This document shows, in pieces, positions 28,035 to 41,370 of a stretch of 64,000 bases of DNA (the stretch's first letter is position 1; the number at the start of each line of letters is the position of its first letter). The position numbers were made by a program, and so were the translations under genes. This DNA comes from an uncultured Actinomycetes bacterium (GTDB taxonomy: Bacteria; Actinomycetota; UBA4738; HRBIN12): NCBI GenBank assembly GCA_963786805.1, contig CAWBAK010000004.1:455813-519812 (forward strand), in the 5' to 3' direction. The notes beneath the pieces are model-generated. The model was given only the letters and a program-made list of their open reading frames with translations, was not told the origin of the DNA and made no database searches.

Positions 28035-29339
28035 ATGTCGGACGACCGGCTGACGATCGTCTTCATGCCCGAGAGCGCGTACGGGCCGACGAACAACTGC
28101 GTGGGCATCGGCAAGATCCTCGAGCGGCGAGGCCACCGCGTCGTCTTCGCGGCGGAGGCGTCGTGGAAGGGACGGCTCGAGCCGCTCGGGTTCGAGGAGG
28201 ATCTGGTCGATCTCGCCCCGCCACCCGAGGCCGAGGGCGACCAGGATGCCGGCCAGTTCTGGACGGACTTCATCACCGAGACGGCGCCCGAGTTCCGCAA
28301 GCCGACGATCGAGCAGCTCGACACCTTCATCGAGCCGGTGTTCCGTTCCCTCGTCGACGGCGCCAAGTACTGCGAGCCGCAGCTGAAGGAGATCCTGGAG
28401 CGGGCGGATCCCGACGTGATCGTCGAGGACAACGTGAGCGTGTTCCCGGCGCTGCTCACCCACGGCGCGCCGTTCGTCCGGATCATGTCGTGCAACCCGC
28501 TGGAGATGAAGGATCCGGACCTCGCGCCGACCTTCAGCGGCTACGCGGCCGAGGACCGGAAGGGCTGGGACGAGTTCCGAGCGGAGTACGAGCGGACCCA
28601 TCGCGCGCTGTGGAACGAGACGAACGAGTGGGTGCGCGAGCAGGGCGCTCCCCCGCTCCCGGACCTCGAGTTCATCCACGAGTCCCCGGACCTGAACCTG
28701 TACGTGTATCCCGAGATCGCCGACTACTCACGCGCTCGTCCGCTCGGGAGCACGTGGCACCGGTTGGATTCGAGCGTTCGCGGAACCGAGGACGACTTCG
28801 AGGTTCCTGACGCGCTGGCTGGCGGCGAGGGATCGCTGATCTACCTGTCGCTCGGCTCGCTCGGCTCGGCCGACGTCGAGCTGATGCGGCGTCTCGTCGA
28901 CGTGCTAAGCCGGACGCCGCATCGCTACATCGTTTCCAAAGGGCCGCGCGCGGGCGACTTCGACCTGCCCGGCACCATGTGGGGAGAAGCACGCGTGCCG
29001 CAGACCTCGATCATCCCGCTCGCCGACCTCGTGATCACTCACGGCGGCAACAACACGACGACGGAGGCGTTCCACTTCGGCAAGCCGATGATCGTGCTGC
29101 CGTTGTTCTGGGATCAGTACGACAACGCCCAGCGCGTCCAGGAGCTCGGGTTCGGCGCCCGGCTCGACACGTACGCGTTCGAGGAGCGCGAGATGCACGA
29201 CGCGATCGAGCGCCTCCTCGGCGACACCGCGCTGCGCGAACGGATGGCCAAGGAAGGCGAGGAGATCCGCCGCCGCGACGGAACGGCCAAGGCCGCGGAC
29301 CTCATCGAGGATCTCGGCCGGCGCGGTTCGCGACGCTAG
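28035..29339 (+). CDS. GT1-family glycosyltransferase (MGT/UDP-glucuronosyltransferase-like)
   Basis: ATG 28035 (MSDDRLTIVFMPESAYGPTNNCVGIG..); C-terminal ..ITHGGNNTTTEAFHFGKPMIVLPLFWDQYDNA.. is the GT1 nucleotide-sugar motif. Confidence 0.8.
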   Translation: MSDDRLTIVFMPESAYGPTNNCVGIGKILERRGHRVVFAAEASWKGRLEPLGFEEDLVDLAPPPEAEGDQDAGQFWTDFITETAPEFRKPTIEQLDTFIEPVFRSLVDGAKYCEPQLKEILERADPDVIVEDNVSVFPALLTHGAPFVRIMSCNPLEMKDPDLAPTFSGYAAEDRKGWDEFRAEYERTHRALWNETNEWVREQGAPPLPDLEFIHESPDLNLYVYPEIADYSRARPLGSTWHRLDSSVRGTEDDFEVPDALAGGEGSLIYLSLGSLGSADVELMRRLVDVLSRTPHRYIVSKGPRAGDFDLPGTMWGEARVPQTSIIPLADLVITHGGNNTTTEAFHFGKPMIVLPLFWDQYDNAQRVQELGFGARLDTYAFEEREMHDAIERLLGDTALRERMAKEGEEIRRRDGTAKAADLIEDLGRRGSRR

Positions 29340-29363
29340 GCCGAGACGTCCGCGGCCGGGAGC

Positions 29364-29888
29364 TCAAGCCGCCGCGCGATGCTCCTCGGTCGGCTCGTCG
29401 GACGCGGTCGAGGGCGCGGCGGTCGAGCGCATCGTGACCTCCACCGCGACGCCGGCGAGCAGGCCGACGGAGAGGGCGAGCACGCCCCAGAGCTTGCCGT
29501 CCAACCCGAGAGCCAGCGCGCGGTCGATCGCATACCGGCCGGGATCGAACGCGATCGCCGTCGCCGCCGCGATCATCACGAGCGGGAACTCGATGCCTCC
29601 GTTGGAGTTCCACAGTCCCTTGTCGAGGTGGACGGACAAGATCGCGCTCACCATCATCCCGATGAGCAACGCCGAGCCGAGCGGCGTGAGCAGGCCGAGG
29701 AGCACGAGCACGCCGCCCACCGTCTCGGTCAGACCGCCGACGAGCGCCATCGTCCGGGGCGATCGGTAGCCGATGGAACCGAAGAACCCCGAGGTCCCTT
29801 CCGGCCCTCCTCCACCGAACCAACCGAACAGCTTCTGCGTGCCGTGGCCGATGAACAGCAACCCGACCACGACGCGAAGGATGAGCAT
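29364..29888 (-). CDS. DoxX family membrane protein
   Basis: MLILRVVVGLLFIGHGTQKLFGWFGG.. is DoxX-like with four TM helices; Met at 29888 chosen over the ORF-table start. Confidence 0.75.
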   Translation of the reverse strand: MLILRVVVGLLFIGHGTQKLFGWFGGGGPEGTSGFFGSIGYRSPRTMALVGGLTETVGGVLVLLGLLTPLGSALLIGMMVSAILSVHLDKGLWNSNGGIEFPLVMIAAATAIAFDPGRYAIDRALALGLDGKLWGVLALSVGLLAGVAVEVTMRSTAAPSTASDEPTEEHRAAA

Positions 29889-29991
29889 CCCGACGGACAC
29901 GCAGACCACCTCCTCGTGCACGCCCCGTACCCAGCCGGGAGCGATCTAAGCCTGGGACGGCGAAGATGGCGGGCCGATCTGGGGACCTCGT

Positions 29992-30074
29992 GCCCGGGGT
30001 GGGATTCGAACCCACACGCCCTTTCGGACCGGTGCTTTTAAGGCACCTCCGTCTGCCGTTCCGGCACCCGGGCG
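29992..30074 (-). tRNA. tRNA-Leu (anticodon TAA)
   Basis: GCCCGGGTGCCGGAACGGCAGACGGAGGTGCCTTAAAAGCACCGGTCCGAAAGGGCGTGTGGGTTCGAATCCCACCCCGGGCA folds as a cloverleaf: 7-bp acceptor stem, anticodon loop CTTAAAA, long variable arm, TTCGAAT T-loop; CCA not encoded. Confidence 0.85.
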
Positions 30075-30104
30075 AACTTCAGGATAGCGAGGGCGGAGAC
30101 CGAC

Positions 30105-30989
30105 CTACTGCTCCCCCGAGACCTCGATCGTGACCTTCTCGATGTAGACGGCCTGGGCCGGCTGCTGCCCGGAGATGTCGCCGGCCGCGGCCGCGTCGGG
30201 ATCCTGGATCGGGAGGGCCTGGATCTCGCGGGCCACCGTGAGCCCATCGATCACGGTCCCGAAGATCGTGTACGCCGGGTTGGCATCCAACCGGTGGCCG
30301 TTGTTCCCCGTGATGAGGAAGAACTGACTCCCTCCGCTGTTCGGAGCGCCGCTGTTCGCCATCGCGAACACGCCCGGGCCGTACGTCTCTCCGCCCTCAA
30401 GCTCGTCGGGGATCGTGTAGCCCGGTCCGCTCGTGCCTTCCCCGACCGGGTCTCCGCCCTGGATCACGTCGAGCGAGGTGTCGAGGCGATGGATCCGGGT
30501 GCCGTCGAAGTAGCCCTCCTGCGCGAGGAACACGAAGCTGTTCACGGTCTCGGGCGCGGTGTCGGCGAGCAGCTCGATGACGATGTCGCCGCATGAGGTC
30601 TCGAAGGTTGCCGTATAGACCGAACCGACCTCGATCACCTGCGCCGGCGCGTTGAACTGCGGCTTGGGACGGAGCGCGCCCTGGGGAACCTCCGCACCGC
30701 AGGCCACCTCATCGGGGCCGGGCTCGGGCCGAACGGTGCCGGTCTTCGTGCCCAGGTCTCCACTGGGGCTCGCACTCGGACTCGCGCTCGGGTCGGGCGT
30801 CGGCGTGGCGGAGGGGTCCCCGTCGCCGCCGCCGATGAACGTGGTGAAGAGCAGGACACCGCCGACGAGGGCGATGACGAGGGCGACGGCGATCGTCCCC
30901 ATCTGGCGCTTGCGCTGCTGCTGACGCTTCTGTGCTCTCCGCAGCGCCGCCTGGCGAGCGAGCTGCCGGTTCCGCGTTTGTTTGGGCAC
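30105..30989 (-). CDS. membrane-anchored cyclophilin-type peptidyl-prolyl isomerase
   Basis: GTG 30989 (VPKQTRNRQLARQAALRRAQKRQQQRKRQ), TM anchor MGTIAVALVIALVGGVLLFTTF, Pro/Ser linker, cyclophilin domain (..HRLDTSLDVIQGGDP..FAMANSGAPNSGGSQFF..). Confidence 0.8.
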   Translation of the reverse strand: MPKQTRNRQLARQAALRRAQKRQQQRKRQMGTIAVALVIALVGGVLLFTTFIGGGDGDPSATPTPDPSASPSASPSGDLGTKTGTVRPEPGPDEVACGAEVPQGALRPKPQFNAPAQVIEVGSVYTATFETSCGDIVIELLADTAPETVNSFVFLAQEGYFDGTRIHRLDTSLDVIQGGDPVGEGTSGPGYTIPDELEGGETYGPGVFAMANSGAPNSGGSQFFLITGNNGHRLDANPAYTIFGTVIDGLTVAREIQALPIQDPDAAAAGDISGQQPAQAVYIEKVTIEVSGEQ

Positions 30990-31024
30990 GGCGACGAGGG
31001 TACACAACGGCTGCGGTTCCGCTG

Positions 31025-32410
31025 TCAGGGCTCGGCCAGCATCTCCAACGCGAGGCCGTCGAGGATGTCGGTCTCCGAGACCAACGCGTCTTCGAACGCG
31101 AACCGCCCCATGACCTCGACGAGGATCACCGTGCCGGCCACGATCACGTCGGCGCGCCCCGGGGCCATCACCGGCAGCGCGGCGCGCTCGGCCGTCGTCA
31201 TCCCGGCGAGCCGGAGCAGGACGTCTTCGGCGGCACTCCGGGCGAGTTTCGTTCGGTGGATGGCTTCGGGGTCGTCGTGCGGCAGACCGAGGGCGATGGC
31301 CTGCACCGTCGTGGACGTGCCGGCCACGGCGACGAGCGTCCGGGCATCGCCGACCGGAACGGCGCGTGCCACCTCGTCGAGCCGCTCCCGGACGAACGAT
31401 CGCATCGCATCGACCTCGCCGCCGGTGGGCGGATCGTGAGGATCGAACCGCTCCGTCAGCCGCACGCTTCCCATCTGCACGGAGATCGCCGCATGCGGCG
31501 CGTCCGTCCCGACGACGAACTCGGTCGACCCGCCACCGATGTCGAGGACCAGGAACGGGCCGGGAGCGTCGAGTCCTCGCGTCCCGCCGAGGAAGGACAT
31601 CGCCGCCTCCTCCTCGCCGCTGAGGACCTCGAGCTCGGAACCGGCGTGCTCGAGCACGGCCCGCGCGAGGTCGTCGCGGTTCGAGGCGTCCCGCACCGCG
31701 GCCGTCGCCGCGACGCGGATGCGTTCGGCGTGGAGGGCTCGGGCGCGCCGGCAGTATCGCGCGAGAACGCCGACCGTCCGTTCGAGCGCCTCGGGCGCGA
31801 TCGTCCCGGTTCGATCGACCCCCTCGCCCAGCCGCGTGATGACCATGTCGCGCGCGAGCTCTCGGAACCCGCCGTCGTCCTCGGGCTCGGCGACGAGCAG
31901 GCGGATCGAGTTCGTCCCCTGATCGATCGCGGCCACGCGGCCGGCGCGTTCGTCGTGGACCGGCTCGATCCGCTCGGCGGTCCATCTCCCCACCGGGTCG
32001 TCGCCGCCGGCGACGTGATTCGCGTAGTGCGCGTGCAGACATTTCACGCCGGTCCGCGTCCCGCCGACCCCACCGAAAGCCTCCGCCCCCGGGTGGCGTC
32101 GTGCGCGCTCGTTCGCGTACTCGTCATGCGCGCGCTCGATCGCGGCGGAGAGCTCGGGCTCCTCGGTGAGCCGTTCGTTGAGGCGCGCGATCCATCCCTC
32201 GGACTCCAGACGCGAGACGGCTTTCGATGCGGCCGGACAGGTCAGCCAGAAGAGCGTCGGGAAGGGCTTCCCGTCGGCGCCGTAGGGCTCGTTGCGGATC
32301 ACGAGCGGATGGCCGTCGGGACAGCGCGCGACGACGGTGAACGGCGTGGTGGGCTCGCGGCCGAGCTGGTCCGCAACGGTGGTGAGGTCGCTGCCCCGGA
32401 GCTCGCCCAC
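31025..32410 (-). CDS. DUF501 domain fused to exopolyphosphatase/pppGpp phosphohydrolase (Ppx/GppA) domain
   Basis: 461-aa single ORF. N-terminal ~150 aa (..VIRNEPYGADGKPFPTLFWLTCP..) matches DUF501; the rest (..RVAAIDQGTNSIRLLVAE..LVLDIGGGSTEFV..) is the Ppx/GppA actin-like fold. These are separate adjacent genes (Rv1025/Rv1026) in Mycobacterium. Confidence 0.75.
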   Translation of the reverse strand: MGELRGSDLTTVADQLGREPTTPFTVVARCPDGHPLVIRNEPYGADGKPFPTLFWLTCPAASKAVSRLESEGWIARLNERLTEEPELSAAIERAHDEYANERARRHPGAEAFGGVGGTRTGVKCLHAHYANHVAGGDDPVGRWTAERIEPVHDERAGRVAAIDQGTNSIRLLVAEPEDDGGFRELARDMVITRLGEGVDRTGTIAPEALERTVGVLARYCRRARALHAERIRVAATAAVRDASNRDDLARAVLEHAGSELEVLSGEEEAAMSFLGGTRGLDAPGPFLVLDIGGGSTEFVVGTDAPHAAISVQMGSVRLTERFDPHDPPTGGEVDAMRSFVRERLDEVARAVPVGDARTLVAVAGTSTTVQAIALGLPHDDPEAIHRTKLARSAAEDVLLRLAGMTTAERAALPVMAPGRADVIVAGTVILVEVMGRFAFEDALVSETDILDGLALEMLAEP

Positions 32411-32418
32411 GGGGGGCG

Positions 32419-32781
32419 TTACTTGCGCTTGTGCTCGACGGAGCGCTTGAAGTCCACCTGGCGCTCCTCGCTCTGGCGCATGAACTTCTTCAGGCGCGCC
32501 TCGAAGTCGGGGTCGCTGCCGCGCCGAGCGCGAGGAGGCGCGGGGTCCTGCAGGGCCTTGATCGAGAGGTCGATCTTGCCGTCCTCTTTGATGGCGATGA
32601 CCTTCGCCTGGACGACGTCGGTCTCCCGCAGGTGCTCGTGGACGTCCTTGACGTAGTTCCGATCGATCTCGGAGATGTGGACGAGCCCCATCTTTCCACC
32701 CTCCAGGGTCAGGAAGGCCCCGTAGGGAGTGATGCGCGAGACGGTCCCGTCGACGACCGCCCCGACCTCGAGCTCTGCCAG
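32419..32781 (-). CDS. S1 RNA-binding domain protein (YabR/GSP13-like); apparent CTG start
   Basis: ..AELEVGAVVDGTVSRITPYGAFLTLEGGKMGLVHISEIDRNYVKDVHEHL.. aligns with B. subtilis YabR from its residue 3. The only good RBS (AGGAGG, 5-nt spacer) precedes CTG 32779-32781; no in-frame ATG/GTG nearby; TTG lies 78 nt upstream. Confidence 0.65.
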   Translation of the reverse strand: MAELEVGAVVDGTVSRITPYGAFLTLEGGKMGLVHISEIDRNYVKDVHEHLRETDVVQAKVIAIKEDGKIDLSIKALQDPAPPRARRGSDPDFEARLKKFMRQSEERQVDFKRSVEHKRK

Positions 32782-32926
32782 CGTCTCCTCCTCACGTGGT
32801 TCGCGGTTCCGCCCCGGCGCATCGCCGGGGTCGCCACTATCCCATCGGCCCTTTTTCGGCGTCAACAAAACGGGCGGGCCCGGTCCAGTCGAGGGGGCGC
32901 GCTCGGCTCGATCGAGGGAGCCGAGC

Positions 32927-36039
<3,113 letters not shown>

Positions 36040-36043
<4 letters not shown>

Positions 36044-36855
36044 CGAGCCTGACGGAACAACGCGCGGATCTCGGTCTCGGCGAGATCCTCGAGCGACTCG
36101 CCGCGTTCGCGAAGGAGTTCGTTGAACCGCTCGTAGCGCGCGGCGAACCCACGTGTCGTCCGCCGCAACGCGCTCTCTGCGTCGACGCCGAGCTTGCGCG
36201 CGACCGCGACCGTCGCGAACAGCACGTCGCCGATCTCCTCCTCCGCGTTGTCGGCGTCCGTGTGCGCCTCCAGCTCGCCGACCTCTTCCTTGAGCGCCTC
36301 GAGCGCGGAGTCCACCGAGCGCCACTCGAACCCCCAGCCGCCGGCGCGTCGTTGCACCTTCCCCGCGCGCGCGAGCGCGGGCAGCGACTCGGGGATGTCG
36401 TCCTCGAGCGGCTTCTCCCCCTTCTCGTCGGCCTTGATGCGCTCCCAGTTGACGAGCACCTCGTCCGCACCGGAGACCTCGACGTCACCGAACACGTGCG
36501 GGTGCCGGCGGATCAGCTTCCGCACGATGCCCTCGGCGACGTCGTCGACGTCCCAGGCGCCGTCGTCGGCCGCCATCTGCGCGTGGAACACGACCTGGAG
36601 CAGCACGTCGCCGAGCTCCTCGCGGAGCAGATCCCGGTCGTCGGCGTCGATCGCCTCGAGCGTCTCGTGCGTCTCTTCGAGGAGGTGCCGCGCGAGCGAA
36701 CGGTGCGTCTGCTCGAGGTCCCATGGGCAGCCCCCAGGCCCGCGGAGGCGCGCCATCACGCGGACGAGATCGAGCAGCCGTTCACCCGCTCGCGAGGATG
36801 GGACGGGGCCTTCCGGAACGTGCGCGAGGACCGGGTCGACCGCTTCGTCCGTCAC
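36040..36855 (-). CDS. mazG: nucleoside triphosphate pyrophosphohydrolase MazG
   Basis: ..LLDLVRVMARLRGPGGCPWDLEQTHRSLARHLLEETHETLEAID..EELGDVLLQVVFHAQ.. is MazG-like; GTG 36855 overlaps the upstream stop (GTGA). Confidence 0.85.
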
Positions 36856-37871
36856 GGGACGGGCGAAGGCGGGATCGTCTGGGTGACGACGCCGTCCTCG
36901 GTGCTCCGCACGGCGACGACCTCGCCGGTCGCGACGTCGAGGCGGCCGTACCGCGGGTTCACCTCGACGCTCACCGTCCCGTACTGCTCGTCCAACCAGG
37001 TCTGGAACACCTGCGCGCCCTGTTGTGCCGAGATCTGCTCGCGCACGTCGTCGAACGACGCCACGTCTCGCCTCGCGAGGTAGATGACGTGGAACCCGAA
37101 CGTGGTCTGCACGACGCCCGAGACGTCGCCGGGCTGCAACGCGAGCGAGGCCTCGACGAACGTGGGATCGAACTGCGTGCGGAACTGCTGCTCGGAGTAG
37201 GAGCCGAGACTCCCGCCAGAGGGAGCCGAACCGGTATCGACCGAGCGGGTGCGCGCGAGGCGCGCGAAGTTCTCCGGCGTCGCCTCGGCCGCCACGTCCT
37301 CGGCCGCCTTCTGCGTTTCGAGCAGGATGTGGGAGACCTCGACCGTCGTGAATTGCGGCTTTTCCTGCTCGTAGATCTCCATCAAGGCGGCATCGTCCAG
37401 CCGGTCGGCGACGATCGCCCCCTGGACCTCGCCGAACAAGAGGAGCCGCGCCGCCAGCAGCTGCAGGTCGTTGCGCGTGAGGCCTTCGCCGGACAGCTGA
37501 GCCTCGAGCGCATCCGCACCGCCGAGGTTGGTCTCGAGCTGCGCGATCGCGTCCGTCACGTCGGCGTCGGGAACGACGAGGTCGTTCGCCGCGGCGTACG
37601 CCTTCACGAACTCCTCCTGGATGTCGTTCGTGAGGGCGAACCGTGCGCACGCGGCATCCTGGGTCTCACCCTGAACGGGCGAGCCGCACGGCGCGCCCGA
37701 AAGGCCCGCGAGGAAGCGGAACGCCGAGACGTCGGAGGCGAGCTGCTCGTGAGTGATCTGCGCGTCCCCGACGCTCGCCGCCGGGGCACCCGATCCGGCG
37801 CACGCCGCGAGCGCCATCGGAACGACGGCGAGCACGGCGAACGTGCGCATACGCAGGCGGGAACGGATCAC
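36852..37871 (-). CDS. parvulin-type peptidyl-prolyl isomerase lipoprotein (PrsA/SurA-like)
   Basis: Lipobox MALAACAGSG; rotamase domain ..VEVSHILLETQKAAEDV..GGSLGSYSEQQF..GVVQTTFGFHVIYLARR. Confidence 0.8.
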   Translation of the reverse strand: MIRSRLRMRTFAVLAVVPMALAACAGSGAPAASVGDAQITHEQLASDVSAFRFLAGLSGAPCGSPVQGETQDAACARFALTNDIQEEFVKAYAAANDLVVPDADVTDAIAQLETNLGGADALEAQLSGEGLTRNDLQLLAARLLLFGEVQGAIVADRLDDAALMEIYEQEKPQFTTVEVSHILLETQKAAEDVAAEATPENFARLARTRSVDTGSAPSGGSLGSYSEQQFRTQFDPTFVEASLALQPGDVSGVVQTTFGFHVIYLARRDVASFDDVREQISAQQGAQVFQTWLDEQYGTVSVEVNPRYGRLDVATGEVVAVRSTEDGVVTQTIPPSPVP

Positions 37872-37893
37872 CCGGCCATCCTAGCAACGGCCT

Positions 37894-40800
37894 CTAGATC
37901 CGCTCCGCCTTCGCAAGCGAAGGCGGAGCGGGGCCTACCGCTGCGCTACTTGAGGCCGATTCCAAACCCGTCGCTCGCCGGAGCGCGTCCTCGATCCAGC
38001 CGGGGAGGTCCGCGCCCGCGATGCGACCGGGCTCGAGGTTCAGCGTCCGCGTCGTCGGGTGGTACGTCGCCTCCGGCACGCGTTCCGTCAGATCGACCTC
38101 GAGCTCGGACGGCAGCTCGACGGACCTCACGCGCACCTGTTGCTTGTACGTCGAGATCTCGTCGATCCCCAGAACCCCGGCCGTCACGCGGAGTGAGGCG
38201 ACGGCGAACAGCGTTTCGACCTCGGCGGGAAGCCGGCCGTAGCGGTCCACGGTCTCCGATCTCACGCGCTCGAGCACGTCGTGCGCTCCCGCCGTCGCGA
38301 TCCGTCGGTACAGGTCGAGCCGGAGCGCCTCCTGCGCCACCCAGCCCGGCGGCACGAACGCCTTCACCGGCAGGTCGATCCGGATCTCCTTCTCTTCTGG
38401 CAACGGCTCGCCCTTCATCTCGGCCACCGACTCCTGCAGGAGGCGGGCGTACGTGTCGAACCCGACCGCGGCGATGTGACCGTGCTGCTCCGCGCCAAGG
38501 ACGTTGCCCGCCCCCCGGATCTCGAGGTCGCGCAGCGCGATCTGGAACCCGCTGCCGAGCGCCTGGTGGCGGCTGATCGTCGTGAGCCGTTCGTGCGCTT
38601 CCTCGCTGAGCTCGCGCTGCGGCGGGAAGAAGAAATAGGAGAACGCGCGCTCGGGGCTCCGCCCGACACGCCCGCGGAGCTGGTACATCTGCGCCAGGCC
38701 GAGCAGGTGCGACGAGTCGACGACGAGCGTGTTCGCGTTCGGCACGTCGAGACCGGACTCGATGATGACGGTGCAGACCAGCACGTCGGCGTCCCGATCC
38801 CAGAACCGCATCATCTGCTGCTCGAGCACCGACTCGTCCATCTGGCCGTGCGCGACGACGATGCGCGCCTCCGGCACCTGCTCCTGGAGCCACGCGACCT
38901 GACGGTCGATCGTCGCCACTCGGTTGTGGACCCAGAAGACCTGGCCCTCCCGCAGCAGCTCTCGCCGGACCGCGCCGAGCGCGAGGCCCTCGTCGTACTG
39001 GCCGACGTACGTGAGGACGGGCTGCCGGTCTTCCGGAGGCGTGTCGATCGTCGACATGTCGCGGATCCCGGTGAGCGCCATCTCCAACGTGCGCGGGATC
39101 GGCGTGGCGGTCATCGTCAGCACGTCCACCTGCGCCCGGAGCCTCTTCAGCCGTTCCTTGTGCGCGACGCCGAAGCGCTGCTCTTCGTCGACGACGAGAA
39201 GACCGACGTCCTTGAAGCCGATGTCCCGGCTGAGGAGGCGGTGCGTTCCGATCACCACGTCGACCGCGCCCTTCTTCAAGTCCTCGACGACGCGGTCCTG
39301 CTCTGCCTTGGAGACGAAGCGCGAGAGCATCGCGACCTTCACGGGGAAGGGCGCGAAGCGTTCGGAGAACGTGATGAAGTGCTGCTCGGCGAGCAGCGTC
39401 GTCGGCACGAGGACGGCAACCTGCTTGCCCTCCATCACGGCCTTGAACGCTGCGCGAACCGCGATCTCGGTCTTGCCGAACCCGACGTCGCCGCAGATCA
39501 ACCGGTCCATCGGCTTGGGCCGCTCCATGTCGGCCTTCACCTCCTCGATCGCCGTGAGCTGATCGCCGGTCTCGGCGTGCGGGAAGGCGTCCTCGAGCTC
39601 GGCCTGCCACGGCGTGTCCGGCCCGAACGCGTGGCCTTCGACCGACATCCGGACCGAGTACAGACGCACGAGCTCGCCGGCCATGTCCTTCACCGCGCGC
39701 TTCACGCGCGTGGTCGCGCGAGCCCAGTCGCTCGTACCGAGACGCGACAGACGTGGCACGTCTCCGCCGACGTAGCGCGCGACCATCCCGACCTGGTCCG
39801 TCGGAACGCTGAGGCGATCGCCCTGCGCGTACTCGAGGACCATGTAGTCGCGTTCGGCGCCGGCGATCGCGCGGCGCTGGATCCCCATGTACCGCGCAAC
39901 GCCGTGGACGCGATGGACCGCGAACTCCCCGGTCTCGAGCTCCTCAGCCAGCGTGTCCTGCTTGCGCGAGGTGAACCTCGGCGCAGAGCGAGTGTGCCGC
40001 CTCGACCCGAACAGGTCCTCCTCGGTGGCGACCGCGACCTTGCCGGCGTCGAACACGAAACCGTTCGCGAGCTCGGCCTCGACCGCCTCGTCCACCGCGG
40101 TGCCGAGTACCTCCTTCGCCCGCTCGAGCGAGCCGTGCCCGCCGGCCGTGATCACGACCCGATAGCCGCGCTCGTGCAGGCCACCCGCGCGCTTCGCGAG
40201 CTCGGCCGGGTTGCCCTGCGCGGACCCCCAGTGCGTCAGGCCGAGGTCGATCCCCTCGGTGAACTCGCTCAGGTGCAGCTGCGGGCGGTCGCCGAGCGCC
40301 TCCTCCAGCGCGACGAGGGCGGGCGGTCCGGGCCACTCGCTCGCGTCGGCGAGCGCACGCCCCTCCTCGAACGCCTGCGCGGCACGGTCGCGCGTCCTCC
40401 GCGCCTGCGCGAGGACCGCCCACGAGCCCTTCGGCATCACCTGGGCGGGCGTGGGGAGCTCGTCGAAGAGCAGCGGAGCAAGCGACTCCATGCCCTCGAC
40501 GTGCAACCCGTCGGCGACCCGCTGGAGCATGTCTCGGAACCGGTCCAGGTGCTTGGGCGCGAGCGCGGCCGCGCGCGCGCGGACCTCCTCGTCGACGATC
40601 AGCTCGCGGACCGGCGGAACATCGATCCGCTTGACCGGAGCGGTCGAGAGCTGCGAGGAGGGCGAGAACTCGCGGAGCGACTCGATCTCGTCGCCCCAGT
40701 ATTCGAGACGAACCGGCCGGCGCGCCGTCCCGGGGAACACGTCGAGGACCCCGCCGCGGACGGCGAACTCGCCGCGGTGCTCGATCACGTCGGTGCGGAG

Positions 40801-41297
40801 GTAGCCGAGGCCGACGAGGCGTTCGGCGAGGACGTCCGGCGGGAGCTCGTCGCCGGCGACGAGCTCGACGGGCGGCGCCGCGCCGAGCGTCGGCGGAAGC
40901 CCGTGCATCGCCGCGAGCCCGGTCGTGACGAGGACGAAGGGCCCCGCGGCGCCCCGGAGCCGGCGGACGGCGTCCGCCCGTCGAGCGGCGACCTCCGGCG
41001 ACGGGCTGATCCCCTCGTACGGCAGGGCCTCCCACGGCGGGAGGTAGGCGACGCGGTCGGCGCCGAGCCACGCCTTCGCCCCGCGAACGAGGGTCTCCGC
41101 CTCTCGTGGACCGGCGGCGACCACCATGACCGGCGCATCGAGCGCCCGAGCGAGCGCCGACACCACGAAATCCTCGGCGGCGTCGGCCCTGGCCAGGACC
41201 GGCCGGGCGCGCTCGGTCAGCAGACGCTCGAAGGCGTCCGAGCCGATCAGCGTGTCGAGCAGCCGTTCCAGAATGTCGATCCCGTCCCGTACAGCAC
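37894..41297 (-). CDS. mfd: transcription-repair coupling factor Mfd (5' end uncertain)
   Basis: 1090-aa ORF 37894..41166 carries UvrB-homology, RNAP-interaction, DEAD/DEAH translocase and TRCF C-terminal domains. Mfd-like sequence (GIDILERLLDTLIGSDAFERLLTERARP..) continues in frame upstream of 41166 with no ATG/GTG/TTG. The nearest GTG (41295-41297) is one base out of frame. Confidence 0.88.
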
Positions 41298-41370
41298 GAA
41301 GAGACCGGGTTCGGCGAACCAGGCCTATCCCGATTGTAGAGCGCCTCGAAGGCGCCGAATGCCCGAGGGT

